64,000 nt of DNA from an uncultured Desulfurococcaceae archaeon (GTDB lineage: Archaea; Thermoproteota; Thermoprotei_A; Sulfolobales; NBVN01). Each line of letters opens with the position of its first letter. Position 1 is the first letter of the stretch. A program made the position numbers and the translations under genes. Under the pieces are notes generated by a model, which was not told where the DNA came from, did no database searches, and was given only the letters and a program-made list of their open reading frames with translations. Below are positions 61,201 through 64,000 of this stretch, piece by piece. The DNA lies in the NCBI GenBank assembly GCA_964655125.1, contig CAZZLT010000046.1, forward strand, positions 82,159 to 146,158, read 5' to 3'.

Positions 61201-61710
61201 TTGTATATGAGTGAAAGAAGGAGGAGAAGGAGTATTTTTGATATATTTGATGAACTCATGAGGGAGTTTGAGGAGGAGTTTGAGGATATAATGAAGTCTT
61301 TTAGTGGTGAGTATGGACGGGTTAAACCTTACGTATATGGGTTTAGAATAACTATAGGTCCTGATGGTAAGCCTAAGATTGAGGAATTCGGTAATGTTAA
61401 GAGGGTAGGGGTTAAACCTAGGATAGTTGAGGAGATGGAACCTTTAGTTGATGTTATTGAGGAAAATGATAAAGTTAAGGTAGTAGCTGAGATGCCTGGT
61501 GTTGAGAAGGAGAAGATAAGTGTTAGAGCTACTGAGGATACCTTAATAATTAAGGGTAGTAACGCAAATAGGAAGTATTATAAGGAGGTTAAACTACCTG
61601 CTAGAGTAAAACCTGAGAGTGCTAAAGCAACTTATAGGAACGGTGTTTTAGAAGTAGTTATAGAGAAGTATGAGAAGAAAGGAGGCGGTGTTGAGGTTAA
61701 GATAGATTAG
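61201..61710 (+). CDS. hsp20: Small heat-shock protein (Hsp20/alpha-crystallin)
   Basis: Alpha-crystallin domain VDVIEENDKVKVVAEMPGVEKEKISV ... ATYRNGVLEVVI. The start is probably ATG 61207. Confidence 0.93.
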   Translation: MYMSERRRRRSIFDIFDELMREFEEEFEDIMKSFSGEYGRVKPYVYGFRITIGPDGKPKIEEFGNVKRVGVKPRIVEEMEPLVDVIEENDKVKVVAEMPGVEKEKISVRATEDTLIIKGSNANRKYYKEVKLPARVKPESAKATYRNGVLEVVIEKYEKKGGGVEVKID

Positions 61711-61763
61711 AGAAAATATATCCTCTAGAGGGTGTTAATCCTTAAAGTCTATCCATACAGAAG

Positions 61764-61769
61764 TTTTTT
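61764..61769 (+). terminator. T6 tract, possible oligo-T terminator of hsp20
   Basis: TTTTTT lies 54 nt after the hsp20 stop. Archaeal terminators are oligo-T tracts. Confidence 0.3.
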
Positions 61770-61871
61770 AATAACCTGAACATACTCTTAATTAACACCT
61801 ACCTTATTAGAGGTTAATACATAACATATCAAACTAATAAGTACCTGTAATTAATTGTATGAGGTTGTCAT

Positions 61872-62420
61872 CTATTGCGATTCTACGTATTCCTCAATAA
61901 CTACATTATTTCTACCTTCCTCATATATTACTGCACTCCTACCTAACGGGTCTTTAATTATTAATGTAAACTCTACTAATCCGTTCATAGCTTTCTTAAT
62001 GAGGTTAACCTCATCTAAGCATTCCTTCCTTAATTCACAATCTGATGGTATAACATCTAAAACCCTCTCTAAAATACCTTCTACAGTTGTTATGTAACCT
62101 GGTGCTGCAATTCCAGGATTAATCTCTATACCTAGTTCAGGGATCTCTATAGAACTACTTGAAGATTTAATAACTATTATTTTTAAGTCATCAACTGATT
62201 TAACCTTAATCTTTATAGTCTTAGGCTTCCCATAATTAATTACTGATACATCAGACCTCCTAAACTCACATAATGTACAGTAACCATGTTCTATTAATAC
62301 CTCACCAACTAACGGTGCTTCGTAAATATAAAATACTATTTTAAAACTTAACTCACCACAGTCTAAACATCTAATTAAGTCCTCACCTAAGTACTTTAAT
62401 CTAGTAATCCCTAACACCAC
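61872..62420 (-). CDS. ZPR1-type zinc-finger protein
   Basis: CLDCG ... CTLCEFRRSDV followed by the ZPR1 beta-domain; 182 aa. Confidence 0.65.
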   Translation of the reverse strand: MVLGITRLKYLGEDLIRCLDCGELSFKIVFYIYEAPLVGEVLIEHGYCTLCEFRRSDVSVINYGKPKTIKIKVKSVDDLKIIVIKSSSSSIEIPELGIEINPGIAAPGYITTVEGILERVLDVIPSDCELRKECLDEVNLIKKAMNGLVEFTLIIKDPLGRSAVIYEEGRNNVVIEEYVESQ

Positions 62421-62462
62421 TAACTTATTAACTAATTACTTAATATTGATTAAGGTGCTAAC

Positions 62463-63119
62463 GTGATTCACATACCAGATACAATCTTAAGATTGTTTGA
62501 GTGGCCTTTAAGTATTTTAGGTATTTTAATTATTAGCTTCGTAGCTAACTCAATACCTTTTGTAGCGATACCGTACTTAGCAGTGATTATGACTTACTCT
62601 CTACTAATTCAAGACTTAACTAGTAAGTTAATGATTTCATTAGCTTCAGCGTTCGGAGCAAGCTTAGGTAAGTTAGTGATATACTCTATAGGAGGAATTG
62701 TTAGACTAGGTTTTTCAGAGAAGACTTTAAAGAATTTAGAGGTTTTTAACAGGATTGCTGGTAAGAGCTTATTCCTAGCTATATTCCTCTTCGCATCATT
62801 ACCACTACCTGACGATATACTCTACATACCGGTTGGTATAACTAGATACAGTATCGTTAAATACTTTATAGCAGTACTTAGCGGTAAGGTAGTTATGACT
62901 ACATCAGTAGTTCTCTACGTACATACTATTATGGAAGTAGCACTTGAATTCACAATACTAATACCTATATACTTAGTATTAACTATAGTGTTATCATATA
63001 TAATAATTAAAGTAGATTGGTCTGAAGTTTTAGAAGCATTAACTTCTAAAGGTCTTTCAGAGGGTTTAAAAGTATTTACAAAACAGTTAGGGAGTATATT
63101 CAAGATTAAACTACCTTAA
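62463..63119 (+). CDS. Membrane protein, VTT/DedA (YqaA-like) domain
   Basis: Five to six TM segments and the LPLPDDILYIPVGITR motif. Confidence 0.55.
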   Translation: MIHIPDTILRLFEWPLSILGILIISFVANSIPFVAIPYLAVIMTYSLLIQDLTSKLMISLASAFGASLGKLVIYSIGGIVRLGFSEKTLKNLEVFNRIAGKSLFLAIFLFASLPLPDDILYIPVGITRYSIVKYFIAVLSGKVVMTTSVVLYVHTIMEVALEFTILIPIYLVLTIVLSYIIIKVDWSEVLEALTSKGLSEGLKVFTKQLGSIFKIKLP

Positions 63120-63520
63120 CCTACCGTAGGTCTGAACTTTATCCCGTAGTATATAAGTCCTGCAGGATCTTCGGATTTTAACCTCCTTAGAACTGCCTCA
63201 ACCTTCAAACCCTCTCTAACCTCAGAGATATCAACATCAACTAACTCACCAATTAATACAGGACCCTCAACCAACTTTATCAACGCTATAATTTTAGGTA
63301 TGACTTCCTCATAACCTTCTAACCTGTAGTAACTTATAGTATAGGTTAATACCTCACCAATACCTTTAGAAGGTATTACTCTAACGTTACGTGACCTACA
63401 GTAAGGACATACACTCCTCCTAGGGTAGAACCTCCTACCACAATCTAAACATTCACTAATCCTTACTGAGTAGTAATCAAACCTCTTCCTCCAAAATCTA
63501 GGTATTGAAAGCCTCAACAA
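63116..63520 (-). CDS. DUF35 Zn-ribbon/OB-fold protein (thiolase/HMG-CoA synthase scaffold)
   Basis: CLDCGRRFYPRRSVCPYCRS rubredoxin-like ribbon followed by an OB fold. Its start overlaps the thiolase stop. Confidence 0.85.
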   Translation of the reverse strand: MLRLSIPRFWRKRFDYYSVRISECLDCGRRFYPRRSVCPYCRSRNVRVIPSKGIGEVLTYTISYYRLEGYEEVIPKIIALIKLVEGPVLIGELVDVDISEVREGLKVEAVLRRLKSEDPAGLIYYGIKFRPTVG

Positions 63521-64000
63521 CTACACCTCCTTACGAGAACACCTACAGAATTATTATCTACTGCTGACATATTATGTATTAAACCCCAACAACTATCCCT
63601 CCTAATATCCCCTAACCCTGTAGTCATTATCTTAAATACTTCAGCTACTTGGTAAACCCCTGTAGCACCTATTGGATGCCCCCTAGCCTTCAACCCACCA
63701 CTTAAGTTAACATTATCTAGATCATCTATAATTGACGGTGCTCTACCCCTCTCAACTAATCCTAACTCCTCAATTATTAAATAACCCAAGATACTGTAGG
63801 AGTCGTGAACCTCGATTATTACGTCATTAAGGTCTAACTTAGACTTACTTAATAATTTATTAAATACTGTCTTAGTAGCTGGTAAGGAGAGGAGGTCTTC
63901 TCTTAAGTTAAGTGGTTGTGATGTTGCTTGAGCGATCTCAACGATCTCTAATACCTCGTTATTAACTATATCCCCCCTATTACTTAGGAGGACTGCTGAA
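63514..64000 (-). CDS. Thiolase (acetyl-CoA acetyltransferase), C-terminal part; gene runs off the right edge
   Basis: GHPIGATG and a C-terminal catalytic region. The frame stays open above the track start (its M is an internal TTG Leu: EVHDSYSILGYLIIEELG) through to the window end. Confidence 0.88.
   Translation of the reverse strand, partial: SAVLLSNRGDIVNNEVLEIVEIAQATSQPLNLREDLLSLPATKTVFNKLLSKSKLDLNDVIIEVHDSYSILGYLIIEELGLVERGRAPSIIDDLDNVNLSGGLKARGHPIGATGVYQVAEVFKIMTTGLGDIRRDSCWGLIHNMSAVDNNSVGVLVRRCSC

Noticed and set aside
61722-61731. Perfect palindrome CCTCTAGAGG just after the hsp20 stop, considered as a terminator hairpin
   Set aside because: It has no loop, so it cannot form a stable RNA hairpin. 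Archaeal termination relies on oligo-T, and a T6 tract follows at 61764-69. The palindrome is possibly incidental.
1-64000. Scan for CRISPR arrays, IS elements or transposases, integrases, rRNA genes, inteins and known defence genes
   Set aside because: I saw no regularly spaced direct repeats, no DDE, tyrosine or serine recombinase motifs, and no size anomalies in conserved proteins that would suggest inteins. Apart from the two small islands, the window is core-genome housekeeping.

Overview
AT-rich archaeal chromosome segment with crenarchaeal, Thermoproteales-like character. That call rests on a short XPF, AGOG, the exosome superoperon, an H+-pyrophosphatase and a multi-intron tRNA. Calls come from motifs read in the track proteins and my own hand translation and folding; no database search was run. 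The window is about 90% coding and mostly housekeeping. Main blocks, left to right: a partial P-type ATPase; an argG-argH-carA-carB operon; hypA with an Mrp/MinD-type ATPase; cysS, tyrS, thiI and hppA; moaA and moaC flanking a four-subunit 2-oxoacid:ferredoxin oxidoreductase; EF-2; AGOG; XPF; the superoperon psmA-SBDS-rrp4-rrp41-rrp42-L37Ae-Brix-Pcc1 with prefoldin beta nearby; the archaeal CoA cluster coaBC-pantoate kinase-phosphopantothenate synthetase; aglB; hsp20; and thiolase with its DUF35 partner. The strongest finding is an initiator tRNA-Met gene at 41098-41271 split by three bulge-helix-bulge introns and flanked by a GC-rich leader/trailer helix. Secondary findings are two radical-SAM genes whose conserved N-termini lie upstream of any canonical start codon, three small ORFs below the track threshold, a candidate C/D box sRNA, and a phased hexamer array upstream of hsp20. 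Two small accessory-looking islands of uncharacterised Zn-finger, RHH and degenerate-enzyme genes lie at 42.2-47.0 kb and 58.0-60.9 kb. I found no CRISPR array, transposase, integrase or recognisable defence system. Coding strands are purine-rich, so most extra track ORFs are S/T/L/P-rich antisense shadows.
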